In this document: piece by piece, positions 39,446-53,069 of the stretch
Layout: every line of letters starts with the position of its first letter
Position numbering within the stretch: the stretch's first letter is position 1
From: Octopus vulgaris
Lineage: Eukaryota
Assembly (NCBI GenBank): GCA_951406725.2
Contig: OX597826.1
Coordinates: 6,324,001 to 6,388,000, forward strand
Reading direction: 5' to 3'
Length of the DNA stretch: 64,000 nt
The notes under the pieces: generated by a model
What the model was told of the DNA's origin: nothing
The model's database searches: none
The model's input: only the letters and a program-made list of their open reading frames with translations
Translations under genes and position numbers: made by a program

Positions 39446-40477
39446 GTAGGTTGGTAGGTAGGTAGATATGTAGGTAGGTAGGTTGGTTGGTAGGTAAGTA
39501 GGTAGGCAGGTAGGTAGGTTGGTAGGTAGGTAAGTAGGTAGGTAGGTAGGTAGGTTGGTAGGTAGGTAGGTAGGTATGTATGTCGGTAGGTAGGTAGGTA
39601 GGTATGTATGTAGGTAGGTAGGTAGGTAGGTAAGAAGAAAAGGTAGGTAGGTAGGTAGGTAAGTAGGTAGGTAGGTAGTTAGGTAGGTTGGTAGGTAGGT
39701 AGGTAAGTAGGTAGGTAGGTAGGTTGGTAGGTAGGTAGGTATGTAGGTAGGTAGGTAGGTAGGTAGGTAGACGGTAGGTAGGTAGGTAGGTAGGTAGGTA
39801 GGTTGGTAGTTAGGTAGGTTGGTAGGTAGGTAGGTAGGTAAGTAGGACGGTAGGTAGGTATGTTGGTAGGCAGGTATGTAGATAGGACGGTAGGTAGGTT
39901 GGTAGGTAGGACGGTAGGTAGGTAGGTAGGTTGGTAGGTAGGTAGGTAGGTAGGTAGATAAGTAGGTAGGTAGGTAGGTAGGTTGGTAGGCAGGTAGGTT
40001 GGTAGATAGGTAGGTAGACGGTAGGTAGGTAGGTATGTAGGTAGGTAGATATGTTGGTAGGCAGGTAGGTACATAGGACGGTAGGTAAGTTGGTAGGTAG
40101 GTAGGACGGTAGGTAGGTAGGTAAGTAGGTAGGTAGGTAGGTGTAGGTAAGTAGGTATGTAGGTATGTAGGTAGGTAAGTAGGTAGGTAGGTAGGTAGGT
40201 TGGTATGTAGGTAGGTTGGTAGGTGGGTAGGTAGGTAGGTAGGACGGTAGGACGGTAGTAGGTAGGTAGGTAGGTATGTTGGAAGGAAGGTATGTAGATA
40301 GGACGGTAGGTAGGTTGGTAGGCAGGACGGCAGGCAGGCAGGCAGGTTGGTAGGTAGGTAGGCAGGCAGGCAAGCAGGCAAGCAGGCAGCCAGGCAGGCA
40401 GGCAGGCAGGCATGTAGGCAGGCAAGCAGGCAGGCAAGCAGGCAGGCAAGCAGGCAGGCAGGCAGGCAGGCAGGCAA

Positions 40478-40512
<35 letters not shown>

Positions 40513-40744
40513 ACGGCAGGCAGGCAGGCAGGCAGGCAGGTTGGCAGGCAGGCAGGCTGGTAGGCAGGCAGGCAGGCAAGCAGGACGGCAGGCAGGCAAG
40601 CAGGACGGCAGGCAGGCAGGCAGGCATGTTGGTAGGCAGGCAGGCAGACAGGACGGTAGGCAGGTTGGTAGTTAGGACGGCAGGCAGGCAGGCAGGTTGG
40701 CAGGCAGGCAGGCAGGCAAGCAGGCAGGCAAGCAGGCAGGCAAG

Positions 40745-40800
<56 letters not shown>

Positions 40801-40824
40801 TAGGCAGGCAAGCAGGCAGGCAAG

Positions 40825-40884
<60 letters not shown>

Positions 40885-41322
40885 TAGGTAGGTAGGTAGG
40901 TAGGTAGGTAGGACGGCAGGTAGGTAGGTAGGTAGGTAGGTTGGTAGGTAGGTAGGTTGGTAGGTAGGTAGGTAGGTAAGTAGGACGGTAGGTAGGTAAG
41001 TAGGACGGTAGGTAGGTAGGTAGGTATGTTGGTAGGCAGGTAGGTAGATAGGACGGTAGGTAGGTTGGTAGTTAGGACGGTAGGTAGGTAGGTAGGTTGG
41101 TAGGTAGGTAGGTAGGAATGTTGGTAGGCAGGTAGGTAGGTAGGACGGTAGGTAGGTTGGTGGGTAGGACGGTAGGTAGGTAAGTAGGACGGTAGGTAGG
41201 TAGGTAGGAATGTTGGTAGGTAGGTAGGTAGGTAGGACGGTAGGTAGGTTGGTAGGTAGGTAGGTAGGTAGGTAGGTAGGTAGGTAGGTAAGTATGTTGG
41301 TAGGCAGGTAAGTAGGTAGGAA
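39446..41322. repeat. 1.9-kb (GTAG)n/(GCAG)n tetranucleotide satellite with higher-order interruptions
   Basis: GTAG domains at 39446-40320 and 40884-41322 flank a GCAG domain at ~40322-40883. Recurrent interruptions are GACG, GTTG, GTAAG and ATGTTG. It explains the 428/337/306-aa ORFs. Confidence 0.97.
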
Positions 41323-41441
41323 CATATACTATGAATTTTGGGACGCGATAGAGTATTTACAAATTATTTATCCACTATTATATCTATATTAACGGCGATA
41401 TTAGAATATATATATATATATGTATTTATATATATATTTAT

Positions 41442-41508
<67 letters not shown>

Positions 41509-41624
41509 CATATTTTTTCGCAAATATGAAAAATTATTCCCTTTCCATTGGACGTCATCTATTTCGTAATGTCTATTTATTTATTTACATATCTACACTA
41601 AATTTATTTCCAGCTGCATTAAAT

Positions 41625-42045
41625 ATTGGTTTAAAATTTTGGCACAAACCCGGTAATTTAGTGGGAGGGGTGAGACGATTACATCAACCACAATGTTTAG
41701 TTAATATTTCTTATATCAATAGCGAATGGATGAAGGGCAATATTTGGACTCAGATTGCGAAGTCGGATGAAATGCCGCTTAGCATTTTCGCCCGGAGTTG
41801 TAACTGTTGTGCCTGCTCGCCGAAATAATAAATATTCGCTTCACATTTTGGCACAAGTCCAGGAATTTTGGAGGAGGTGGTAAGTCGATTAACATCGACC
41901 CCAGTGCTCCATTAGTACTAATTTTAATCGACCCCCAAATGATGAAAAGCAAAGTCGGCCCCGGCGGAATTTGAACTCAGAAAGTAAAGACGGATGAAAC
42001 GCAGCTAAGCATTTTGTCCGGTGTACTAACGATTCTGCCAACTCT
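41625..42045 (-). mobile_element. Two tandem SINE family B copies (~41625-41825 and ~41840-42045)
   Basis: Both begin ATTTTGGCACAA on the plus strand and contain GGATGAA.....AA, GAACTCAG/GGACTCAG and CGGATGAAA.GC.GCT.AGCATTTT. Confidence 0.85.
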
Positions 42046-42545
42046 ACAAGTCTTATGTATTAATTTTGAAATCAGACCTGAGTATAATCAGAAAGATCAA
42101 AGTTACCCGTAAGAAAGCATGAAGAAATACAAGAAATACAAGAACTTCTTTGCTACCTACCTACATAAATAACTACCTTTGTATTAACAGACGTTTAGCA
42201 GACAGTGAGGAATTTAAAGTTGATTAAAACTATCATTATGAATTAAAGCAATACACGTGATGAAGAGATAGCTTTGCTATCATAATTATTGTTTCTGTTA
42301 ATTCATAAAGAAATACCAGCCCCAGAGTGCCAAGTTTATATTTCCCTTGTACTGCTGTTAACAGACGCTCTGACCCAGTCCTAAAAATATATTTATTCTA
42401 ATTGGTAATCCGAACAGCTAGAATTTAAGGCAAAAAACTCGCAGAAATCACAAATACGCCACCTGCTCTAGCTTATGATAATGTTTATAGTGTTGAATCT
42501 ACTAGCATTTATGTAAAGAATATATATATATATATATATATACTA

Positions 42546-42620
<75 letters not shown>

Positions 42621-43078
42621 CTTGGCGTCTCTTGTGAGGAGAGATACACATAAATTCATAATGTATGCCTTTATAATTTATTTTGCAGCAGTCTAGAATT
42701 TTAGTGGTGTAGCTAGTATGAGAGATATAAATGTTCATCGCAACTTCAGTTATCAGAGAGCTAAATTCTTGCACAAACACATTCACTGCATATATAATAC
42801 GAAAATATGCTGAAAAAAAGAAACAAACGCGAAAACAGATATGCTAAACTGATCTAGAGATCTCCAATCTGTAATACTGTTCTTCCTTTTGGCTACGATG
42901 TTGTCTCGATAATATTGTACTGCAGATATATAAGAAATAATACATGAAAGAGATTGAGGATTAGTTAAATATGTATTTTTATTGTCTACTATGCTGTCAC
43001 TTTTCTTTACTCAGTCATATTCCTTTGAAGATTTCATGAATACATATGCTGTTCTTCATGTTGCTTTATCTATCTTCG

Positions 43079-43113
<35 letters not shown>

Positions 43114-43123
43114 CATACACCAC

Positions 43124-43187
<64 letters not shown>

Positions 43188-43926
43188 ATATATGTATATA
43201 TATATATGTGTATGCATATATGAAACGCAGTCTCATGCATTCACATACAGACGCATACACATAGAATCACATATATAAAATCAAAGAAAATTTTGGTAAG
43301 AACATATTTCTTCATGTGTTGAAATGATTTCCAAGATTTCAGATAGAACCATGTTAAAAACCGTATTTGATACCTTGCTGTTCATTATGAATAATGTATC
43401 CTTAAGTGCGGTACTGACTGGTTGATCATTAGCACCAAAATCATTTAGATTTTTAGATTTTTGTGGAAGGCTCACGCGATTAAATCGACCTCGTACTTCA
43501 CTGATATTCTTTGGTTTTCTTTTTTTAGTTTAGCAATCTCGTAATGGAATCGGCTTACGTTAACCTGTTTATACAGTGACTGTTTAGAATTCTTCAAACA
43601 TTAGAATTGGTAACATGAAAGAATATCAAAACATTTCCTTTTATTGGTCGTGTTGAATTTTCTCCAAACCGACACCTGGCACGCGCGGAAGTTTCGAACA
43701 AAAGTATTCTGTGATATAATCATAAAAATAGAAGCTAGTCATTGTGTCAGTCTTCCCTCTCAGACAGATGATTAATTTTGACTTACAAACCATTGGTATT
43801 AAAATTGGGTTGTTACATTATTGAAAGAATCGGCTTGTCACAAATAATGTGAAATCATTTATACCAAAATTTACGTTCGAAACTTTACGTACGCTATTGA
43901 ACGATATACATGCATGCCTGTATATA

Positions 43927-44744
43927 CGAGGTCTGATCAATAAGTATCCGAAATGTTGCCATAAAAACGACGCTAAAGCACGCAGATTGAAGCCGCTTAG
44001 CTAAGATTAGCCTTGAACTCTGCTGTGCATGCAGACTAAATCTTAGCGTTCTAGCACACTTTTCCTGTTTACAGCAGGGCTTGGAATTAACGTGTGTAAC
44101 GTGTGATCGTCGCAATGACTGTGACAGTATTCATGGTGATAATAGCTCAGATGCCTACACAATCTCTCAGAAAGCGTATGGAGAAGAGTATATGAGATGC
44201 ACACAAGTGTACGAGGGGTTCAAATGTGTCCAAGATGGCCGAAAAATGTCGATATTGACGAACATTTTCAGAGGAACGCAACCAGCATAACTCAGAAGAA
44301 CATCGCAGATGTGTGTGCAACTGTGCGGGGAAACCGTCGAATCCCCATCTGTGTGCTATCAGAGGATATGCAGATTAGTTACGGTTCAGTTCATTATCAC
44401 AGAAGATTTGGGTTTCAGTTGCATAAGATCTCCTTGATGGTGTCGAGAAAGATGAAACCTTTTTGAAAACTTTGCGTAGGTTTCTGAGCTAGTATCTCCA
44501 AGCATTTTGCAAAATTTGATGCAGATTCTCGGCTCAACTTTCTCCGTCATGGTTAATGCGACGATCAAACGTTACACTTATTACTTCCAAGTACAACTGT
44601 AAAAAGTTGATGTGAGTTAATCCATTAAAACTGAGTGTGCTTGCACAGCAGAGTTCAAGGTCAGACTGTGAAAAGCCGCGTGGCTCTGCGTGTTTTAACA
44701 TCGTTTCTGTTGCAATAGTCCGGATACTTATTGATCATACCACG
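43927..44744. mobile_element. Mariner remnant made of two convergent 5' halves
   Basis: Ends are TA-CGAGGTCTGATCAATAAGTATCCG and (reverse complement) TA-CGTGGTATGATCAATAAGTATCCG. The plus strand encodes DAYTISQKAYGEEYMRCTQVYEGFKCVQDGR; the minus strand encodes MTEKVEPRICIKFCKMLGDTSSETY. Both are mariner N-terminal HTH segments. Confidence 0.88.
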
Positions 44745-45512
44745 TATGTATATATACATATGGATATATGTATGTAATTTTGTATGAATACATGCATGTA
44801 TGCATGTATGCATGTATGCATGTATGTGTGTATCTATATATGTATCTATATCTATATCTGTGTCTGTGTGTGTCCATGTATGCATACATGCATACATATA
44901 TGTATATATACATGTATATATATGTATATAATATATGTGTGTGTGTGTTTTTGTGTGTATGGATGTATATAGAGTGTATTTGTGTGTGTGAGAGAGAGAG
45001 AAAGAGGGAGGCAGTGAGACAATGTAATGCGGAAGGTAGTAAGTAATTCAGTGAGAATTATATAAAAGATTTTTCAGAGTTGAAAATATGAACCCTGTAA
45101 TTATACCTGTAATTTGGCTTCTTTGTTCGTAAATATAGTGTAAGAAATCCGGATGCATGGAATATTTCAAAAACATCATGTAGAAAACAAATCTGTTGTT
45201 TATCGTTTTATCAAATTTTTTGAATAGATATAGTATTATACAGACAGTGTTAATAACACAGATTTTATATACGCTACCAATCAACAGACATTATATAACG
45301 ATAGCTACCTACTAACCTATGTTATATTAAATATTTTGGATATTTCATCGTGCAGAGCGTATGTCATAAACTCGGACGATTTTACCTACTTATACTGCGG
45401 GCCACCTTCGCAGAACTACTAAATTAATGGGACTTAAAAATAATAATCGGTTGTGAAGTGATCATGGGAACACACACAAGCATATGGATATGTGCAAAAA
45501 TACACACACACA

Positions 45513-45568
<56 letters not shown>

Positions 45569-45602
45569 CACATACGCACATTTGTGCTATGTGTGTGTTT
45601 TT

Positions 45603-45783
45603 ATACGACCGGCTTCATTATTTTTTTCCTTCTACGAAATCCATTCAAAATATTTTGTTGTGGACCGGACTTTATGGAGCAAACACTTACCTGATGAGTC
45701 GCGCAGTGGGACTGAACTGAAGAGCATAATCGTTGGGAAGTAAATTCCCCAGTCACACAGCGACTACAAATATACGCGCGCCT
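45603..45783 (-). mobile_element. SINE family A head (diverged)
   Basis: ATACGACCGGCTTC...CGCAGTGGGACTGAAC...CACACAGC, colinear with 28795-28955. Confidence 0.7.
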
Positions 45784-46959
45784 GTTAACGTGTACCATCG
45801 ACACGTTTACCCCACCGTTCTCTAATCACGGGTAACCTTTTCTACTTGTCTCCAGTTCGATCTCTGGCGTTTCAGTATTTCGCCTTTGCTGAAGGAATGT
45901 CCTCCTAACCTAGGTTTTGTTGTTTTTTTTCACTTGCCATCGATTCTTCTGTAACTTTGCTTATTTTAACACATTCTCAGCCTGCCGTCCATCTTTTGAC
46001 CTATCTATCACGGAATGCTGCGCAAGGAGTGAGCACGCCACTGGCAAAGTTGCGTGAGTTGTGGGACGTCACAAGTCAACAAACAGCACCAAGAACTCAG
46101 ACTCAGGGTTAAAGATGAACAAATTCTAAACCACATACTGCTCTTATGATAACACAAGATCGGATTTGAAACCTTATGAATGTATAAACATGGAGATGGG
46201 AGGTGGTGAAAAAACGTCTTATTCGTGACATTGAAACGAATATTGATGTGTTATCATGTTCTCCCAAAATGTAACGCATCATTAACCGTGGAAGATGTTT
46301 CGATAATTAATATTGACAAAAGATCCTGTTGCACATCACATAAGTTATGTCTTTTAAATGGCTATAAAACAACGCATCAGACACCTGAATAAACAAATCG
46401 CATCAACGATATCTAATATTAGTTCAGATGTATAACATTTTTTTCCTTTTCACAAACAATAAATTTGTTTGTTTACTATATACTGGAATCTATGCTATAA
46501 ATGAGCAAAAGACGAAAAATGGAAGATCATGGATGTTTAAATTGATGGATCATTTTTCTAATAAATGTAAAACAAATGTTTTATAACATACACACAAACA
46601 CACACAAATATTCAGGCTAAAAAAGGAAGTGGAGAGAACACAAGACGAAGCTTTGAAAACGTCGTTTTTTCTTTAATTATGAGTGGCTGCTGCAATTCCA
46701 GCGAAGTTGCAGGGTTGCGTTTTATTTTTATATCTTTATATCTTTCAAGGTGTTAAATATTAGTTGGTTGTTTACAACGTTATTAAATAGAAAGTTGTGA
46801 GTGCTATAGGAAGAGACATATAGTGATTGTTTAAAACAGTAGAATGTAATACCTTGCGAATGGAACTATTTTACGATCTCAAGTTAACCACCTATGGAGA
46901 TAAAAGCATTGCGATATTGCAATCCTTATTGGAACTTATATAATTTATCAATCTATATA

Positions 46960-47009
<50 letters not shown>

Positions 47010-47017
47010 CATATACG

Positions 47018-47061
<44 letters not shown>

Positions 47062-48984
47062 CACACACACATATATATATATATGTACATCCCCGACTAG
47101 GTAATAAATAAGGCGATTAAGAAGGAAGAAATAAACTGTCTCAAATAGTAATGTAAATATTTATATTTTTCGATGCTGTTGTGTAAAATCTGCAGCTACT
47201 TTTTGATCTCACCCCACCATACACACATCCACTTGGCATCGCATTTAATCACAGTTCGACAACACCATATCGTGCACGGGAACGTGGCCCCGTGTTCGTT
47301 GCTGATATTGTTAGTTTTTCCATGGGTAACTTCCTCTTGTTTGCTCAGCAGTCATGCATACCATGGTAAAATATTTGACGAGGCTATTAAAAATATTGGA
47401 CGGGAACCATTTTAACAGGAGTATAATCTAGTTGTATAAAATCATCAGTTCATAAGTTTTCCTTTTTTCTTATTTCAGCGAATACTCACGTCATGCTATG
47501 AGATTGTGACAATAATTCGATATTTAGGTCACAATAACAGTAATTCGAAAACTGTGTTTCAACGGATAAAAAAAATCATTTAGAGATATCGAGATTTAAA
47601 AGAACAAAAAGCTATTTAAATATTTAAATGTTCACCTACTTTACAAGACATAGAGGGGAAATCGTTGCTGAGATTGCACATGTAATGTAAGAAAATAAAA
47701 AATAAGAAGAACGGTAGGAAATTATAAGTCCTGTATTGAAAAATACATGTAGGTTTTAGAAAACAGCGCAAAAATAAATTGATGTATTTGTGAAAGAAAA
47801 GCTATAAACAGAAGTACTGATAACAGTTGCATACTTATAAAATTTCCTTTTTTATTGATCGTTAGTTTTTCTACAATTATAAATTTCAACATTTACTTGC
47901 ATTATTTCCTCATAACATTTCTTGGTTTTATCTTATTTATTGTTTGGGTGTTGACATTTAAATCCTAGAAAGATATATAAAAAACAGAAGAGTGATGTTT
48001 ACATTCAAAAATATATCAGAAACATTACTTCTAGAAATTGTCGACAAAAATTAACATAACAAAATCTGTAGAACAAAATTTATTAACCAGAGTAGATATA
48101 AAAATATATATAAAATTTACTATGCTAGATATTTCAATAAACTCAGACTAGTCAATTCTGAAATATAAAACAATGATTTCCCAAAATCAGTATTATTCAA
48201 AGACATTTATATTACATTACAGTTGAAAATAAATAATAAAAGTAAGTACTACATGTTGGTAGTAAAAATAAAGTAGTTCTACTTTCGAATATTTTTTTGC
48301 GCTTACCAAAAAAGATTCCGCTGTGATTTAAACTCCATGACACACACAGACAATCACAGAAGAAAGTAAGACGTAGAGCTAAAGGAAGCAATGTAAAATA
48401 TAGCAATGTTTACATTCCAAATAGTGTACATTGAGTGTAATCAATTCTGCCTATATTATAAGTCCATGTGTGATATTTTGCCACAAGTGCAGGTACGATA
48501 TTTTGCGTAAGACGTTATTAAATTGGATAACATTTCGATATTTGAAGTCGTAGTATTCCTAGTTGGTAATAATGGGTCTTTAAAGTAATTATTTTAAAAA
48601 TAGAAATAGGAAACAATTGAATCACATAATTGCAGTACAATATTGAAAATATAATGCGGTGTCACGTTCTTAAAGCCAAACCCAGCAAAATCTCCACAGT
48701 ATTATATTTTTAAAAGAAAAACTACAGAAATCAGTGCATTAATGAAGCTGCTATCCAGCAAAAATCAAAAGGATGTAAGGTTAAATTTCTTCTCTGAAGT
48801 GAAGTCTAAATAATTGGATATTATAATAATTTATGACAGGTATAAGCTTCGGTTTACAAATTAAGTAGAGGAGGGAGTTTTATTAAAATGTCAGCAAAGA
48901 ATATAATAGTGAAGCAATATGAATCATACCTACACGCGCACACACTCTCTCTCTCTCTCACGCACGCACGTAGATATATATATA

Positions 48985-49059
<75 letters not shown>

Positions 49060-49303
49060 TATATACATATATATATACATATGTGCACACATAACTATAT
49101 ATCTGCATATATGTTTATATATTACATATGCATATATGCGGCTATATACATACATATATACATATGCTGTACCGGAAATCTACTTTTGTTCTTAAACGTT
49201 TTTAAGATGCTAAAAACTACCTTACATACAGGGCTCAGGAAATATGGATATTAGAATGAAAACAACAAAAACTCTAAAATTTATATATACATGCATGTAT
49301 GTA

Positions 49304-49363
<60 letters not shown>

Positions 49364-49637
49364 AATATATGTATATATATATATACATATATATATATGA
49401 ATATATATATATATATATCCATCCATGTACTTGTGTGTGCGTGATGTTTTGTTTATCTGTGTGTGTGTGTGTGTGTGTTTGTGCGTGTGTATATGTATGT
49501 ATGTGCGTGTGCGTGTACGGTGCTTTATTCCGCTATTTAGGTCATCACTTCAGGGTTACTAAATCGATTTTTCTAACATGCTGCATGCCTACGCTTTCCC
49601 ATATATACAAATAATACATATGCATACATATATGTAC

Positions 49638-49687
<50 letters not shown>

Positions 49688-49691
49688 GTAC

Positions 49692-49738
<47 letters not shown>

Positions 49739-50411
49739 AACACACACAACCACTCCAGCACACACACAAACTCAGACTCATGTATATTTTTGTCTACGCA
49801 TGCATTTACATGTCTTTTATACTTTCAGATTTGTTCTGTTTTGTTTTTAGTGTACGAATTGTTGATAAAAACAATTTCTTTCTTACAATTACTTTTTACA
49901 TGTCACTTTTTTGTTTAGCATTACATTTGTTTTGGATTTTGTTAGAAAACATCAAAACATATTCAATATTTTATTGTACTATTAATCATTTATATTATGT
50001 CAATAAAACATACACCACATTTTTTTCATTCCGTACAACTAAAGATAATGGAAAAACAATATGATAAAAATTATCGATGATCAATAAGAGATACAAAAAC
50101 GAAACGGAAATATTACTGCGAATATGTAACAATACTATTTTATAAATTAGCTTCATTATGGATTTTCAGGTTATAAATTGGAACTTAGTAAGAGATGCGT
50201 GAAAAAATATCCTTGTACATAAAACATTCTGAACAATGAAGCATGATCTCTGTTCATTGATTGCAGGAAAAGAATGCTTGAGTAGTCCAGGTTGTAGTTT
50301 ATCATATTACCACCTGTCCTGTCGTTGGTTGTTTAGTATTTCTCGTCCGATGTTTCATTGTAACTCTAGGAAGAAGCATCGTCAAGCTGTTATATTTGGA
50401 ATATGCTAGAT

Positions 50412-50741
50412 CAGTGGTTCTCAACCATTTCTTAATCTATGGAAGCCTTTCATTGCTATGTTATCCTAGTTGACCCCATAGTCATTCTATGTTGAAAGAA
50501 TAGCTTTATAGATAATTATTTCGACGTTCCTATTTAGCTTTCGACACATTAACTTGTTTAGGGTGAACTACACCAGAGAAAGAAACCTAGCTATGTCTTG
50601 TAATAAATACATCTAAAGCAAAATGTTTCATAGACCCCATAAACTACTACTGTCGACCCAAATTATTATTTTGCTTGTGTGAACCCCTAAGATCTTATTA
50701 GGACCACAAGTGCTCATACTGACCACAATTGAGAACAATTG
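50412..50741. mobile_element. hAT-type (Charlie/MER5-like) MITE
   Basis: TIRs CAGTGGTTCTCAA and TTGAGAACAATTG; 8-bp TSD TGCTAGAT (50404-11) and CGCTAGAT (50742-49). Confidence 0.85.
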
Positions 50742-51262
50742 CGCTAGATGGAAATCAGATCCAGTATTTGCTCTGCTACAGTAATTTACCCAATAAATGA
50801 TGGCATTTAATAACTCCCTGGTTATATGTCGAACCATTCGTTGCCTAGTAATTAGATCCCAAGATTTATGCAGTTAGAATTTTTATCTTTCACCTTTCAT
50901 CTTTATTTGTTTCAGTCATTAGACTATGGCCATGCTGATTCACCGCCTGGAAGAATTTTACTCGCTACTCGCTTTCGTCAGTTTGCTAAATTTTCAATGA
51001 TACTGTGTGTTATGTGAGTATTTATCTCCCCTTATTTTAAGAAACGCTGGTACTATCTTGTACCCTTAATTATAAATACATTACGCAGGATATATTGTAG
51101 ACAATTCAAAATTATCCACGAATATATCAGTAGCCAGAACATGCAATCAAAAATTATTTCATAAAAGAAGAGAGCTTTTTTACGGTTGTCACTACTATTT
51201 CTAGGCAAGTAAATGTTTTGAGCCCTTTCCGTTATAATTGTGAATCTTTACAATCATTGCAC

Positions 51263-51321
<59 letters not shown>

Positions 51322-51878
51322 GTATATATATAACTGAGGTGTGTGTATGTATGTGTAAACTTGCAGGACTTTTGAATTGTGCAATTGATTTTCCCTAAAC
51401 TTTATGTTCCAGACACGGTGTCAGACTCTTAAAATGTTTCACATAATGAGTAATGTGGCCCTTGAGAGCAGAAAACAGACTTTCCTGGAACACGTATGAC
51501 TGTCCGCATGGTCAACGAATTGCTTCTGTTCCAAATGGAAGAAAGAGCTACTGAAATGATGTAAGTAGCCCGTATTAAATAGATGAACAGATGTAGACTT
51601 CAAAATGCCTTGTCTATGTGATAGCAATATCAGTCTGTTCCCGTAGTACTATGGGTAGCAATTTGTTGGAATAAAAACCGTTTGGGATGCACTATGTCTA
51701 ATATGAAAACATGCTAAAATACTGAGGAATTATTCAAATATTTTCTTTTATCTTCAGATATTGATTACAAACAAAAATATCGCGCGTACATTAACCTACT
51801 AACTTATTGTGTCTAAGACCAAACCACGTTAGTTAGAGACTACATCCTTATTGTGAACTTGCGTGCCCGGACGCTTCC

Positions 51879-52180
51879 TGCAGAATTGTTATCGTTTGGG
51901 AGCTGAGTTGTCCTCACATTGGTCGCACGCTCTTTATTTGTAGGTGTGCATGGTTGAGCCACGACTATTGATTCCCAACCACGTCAGCAACCCAAATTCG
52001 CGTGACTCAACCACGTTTCAGACCGTGTCCTTAATGTGACTCTGTGTATGCCGACGCTACATGCAGAATTGTTTTCGTTTGGGAGCTGAGCTGTCCACAT
52101 ATTGGTCACAAGTTTTTTACGCAAAGGAGTGCACTGTTGAACCACGAGTATTGATTCCAAACCGAAAATTCGCATGGCAG
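51879..52180. repeat. Diverged ~115-125-bp direct repeat (period ~183 bp) in a GC-richer island of probable TE origin
   Basis: TGCAGAATTGTT.TCGTTTGGGAGCTGAG.TGTCC..A.ATTGGTC...GTTGA.CCACGA.TATTGATTCC.AACC...AAATTCGC at 51879 and 52062. Confidence 0.8.
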
Positions 52181-52794
52181 ATTTGTTTCCAAGTGCTTCC
52201 TTGCCTATCCGCTTCCTTTACCACGTCATTGTTATCATGTAGTTTTCTCTCATGTGGAACTATTGAGCGCGCCCACATGGTTATTTTATCAAGTAGATGT
52301 AGTTCCTATGTCTGTTAATTGTTCAGCTTAGTAGCGGCCCCCCGCCAACGTGTATCCACTGAAAGCGTTTTGCTACGTCCGAAACTCACATACACCATCC
52401 AATTTTCTTTCACAAGGTTCGGGCCTTGATTCCTCCAAACAGAAGCATGACATGCCAGTTGAAATAACACTTGATTTGCTCCTCAGACGTTTTGTCCCCA
52501 ATGCTGCTGTTCCACGTATCACAGCTTTCAACTTAACTGTACCACATATACAAACTATGCCATTTAAATCCCGAGCGACGCCACTCCCATTTATATTTTT
52601 GCTCATTTGTTTCTATACAGTTGTATGTATTGGCACCCGTGTCTATGCAGTTACCAGATTTTTCCACTCGTTAATCTGTATCACTCGTACATGTGTGTGT
52701 ATTCATCCAATACAATTGAATAAATACACATAATTGAATGTTTACCGGCTGATGCCTCCCTGGCGATTTTATATCCTCTCCGTTTTCTTACCTG

Positions 52795-52911
<117 letters not shown>

Positions 52912-52957
52912 CATACATATATAGATCTGAATATGTAAATGTATGTATATATATGAT

Positions 52958-52991
<34 letters not shown>

Positions 52992-53022
52992 TCTGAATAT
53001 GTAAATGTATGTATATATATGT

Positions 53023-53069
<47 letters not shown>

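Noticed and set aside
39341-41325. Long ORFs (428, 337, 306 and 217 aa) of LPAC/LPTY repeats
   Set aside because: They are a by-product of the (CTAC/CTGC)n strand lacking stop codons, are open in several frames at once, and show no evidence of coding.
45687-45725. CTGATGA-GTC...GAC-TGAAC resembling a hammerhead
   Set aside because: It lies in a decayed SINE A head (CGCAGTGGGACTGAAC) and lacks GAAA and stems I and III.
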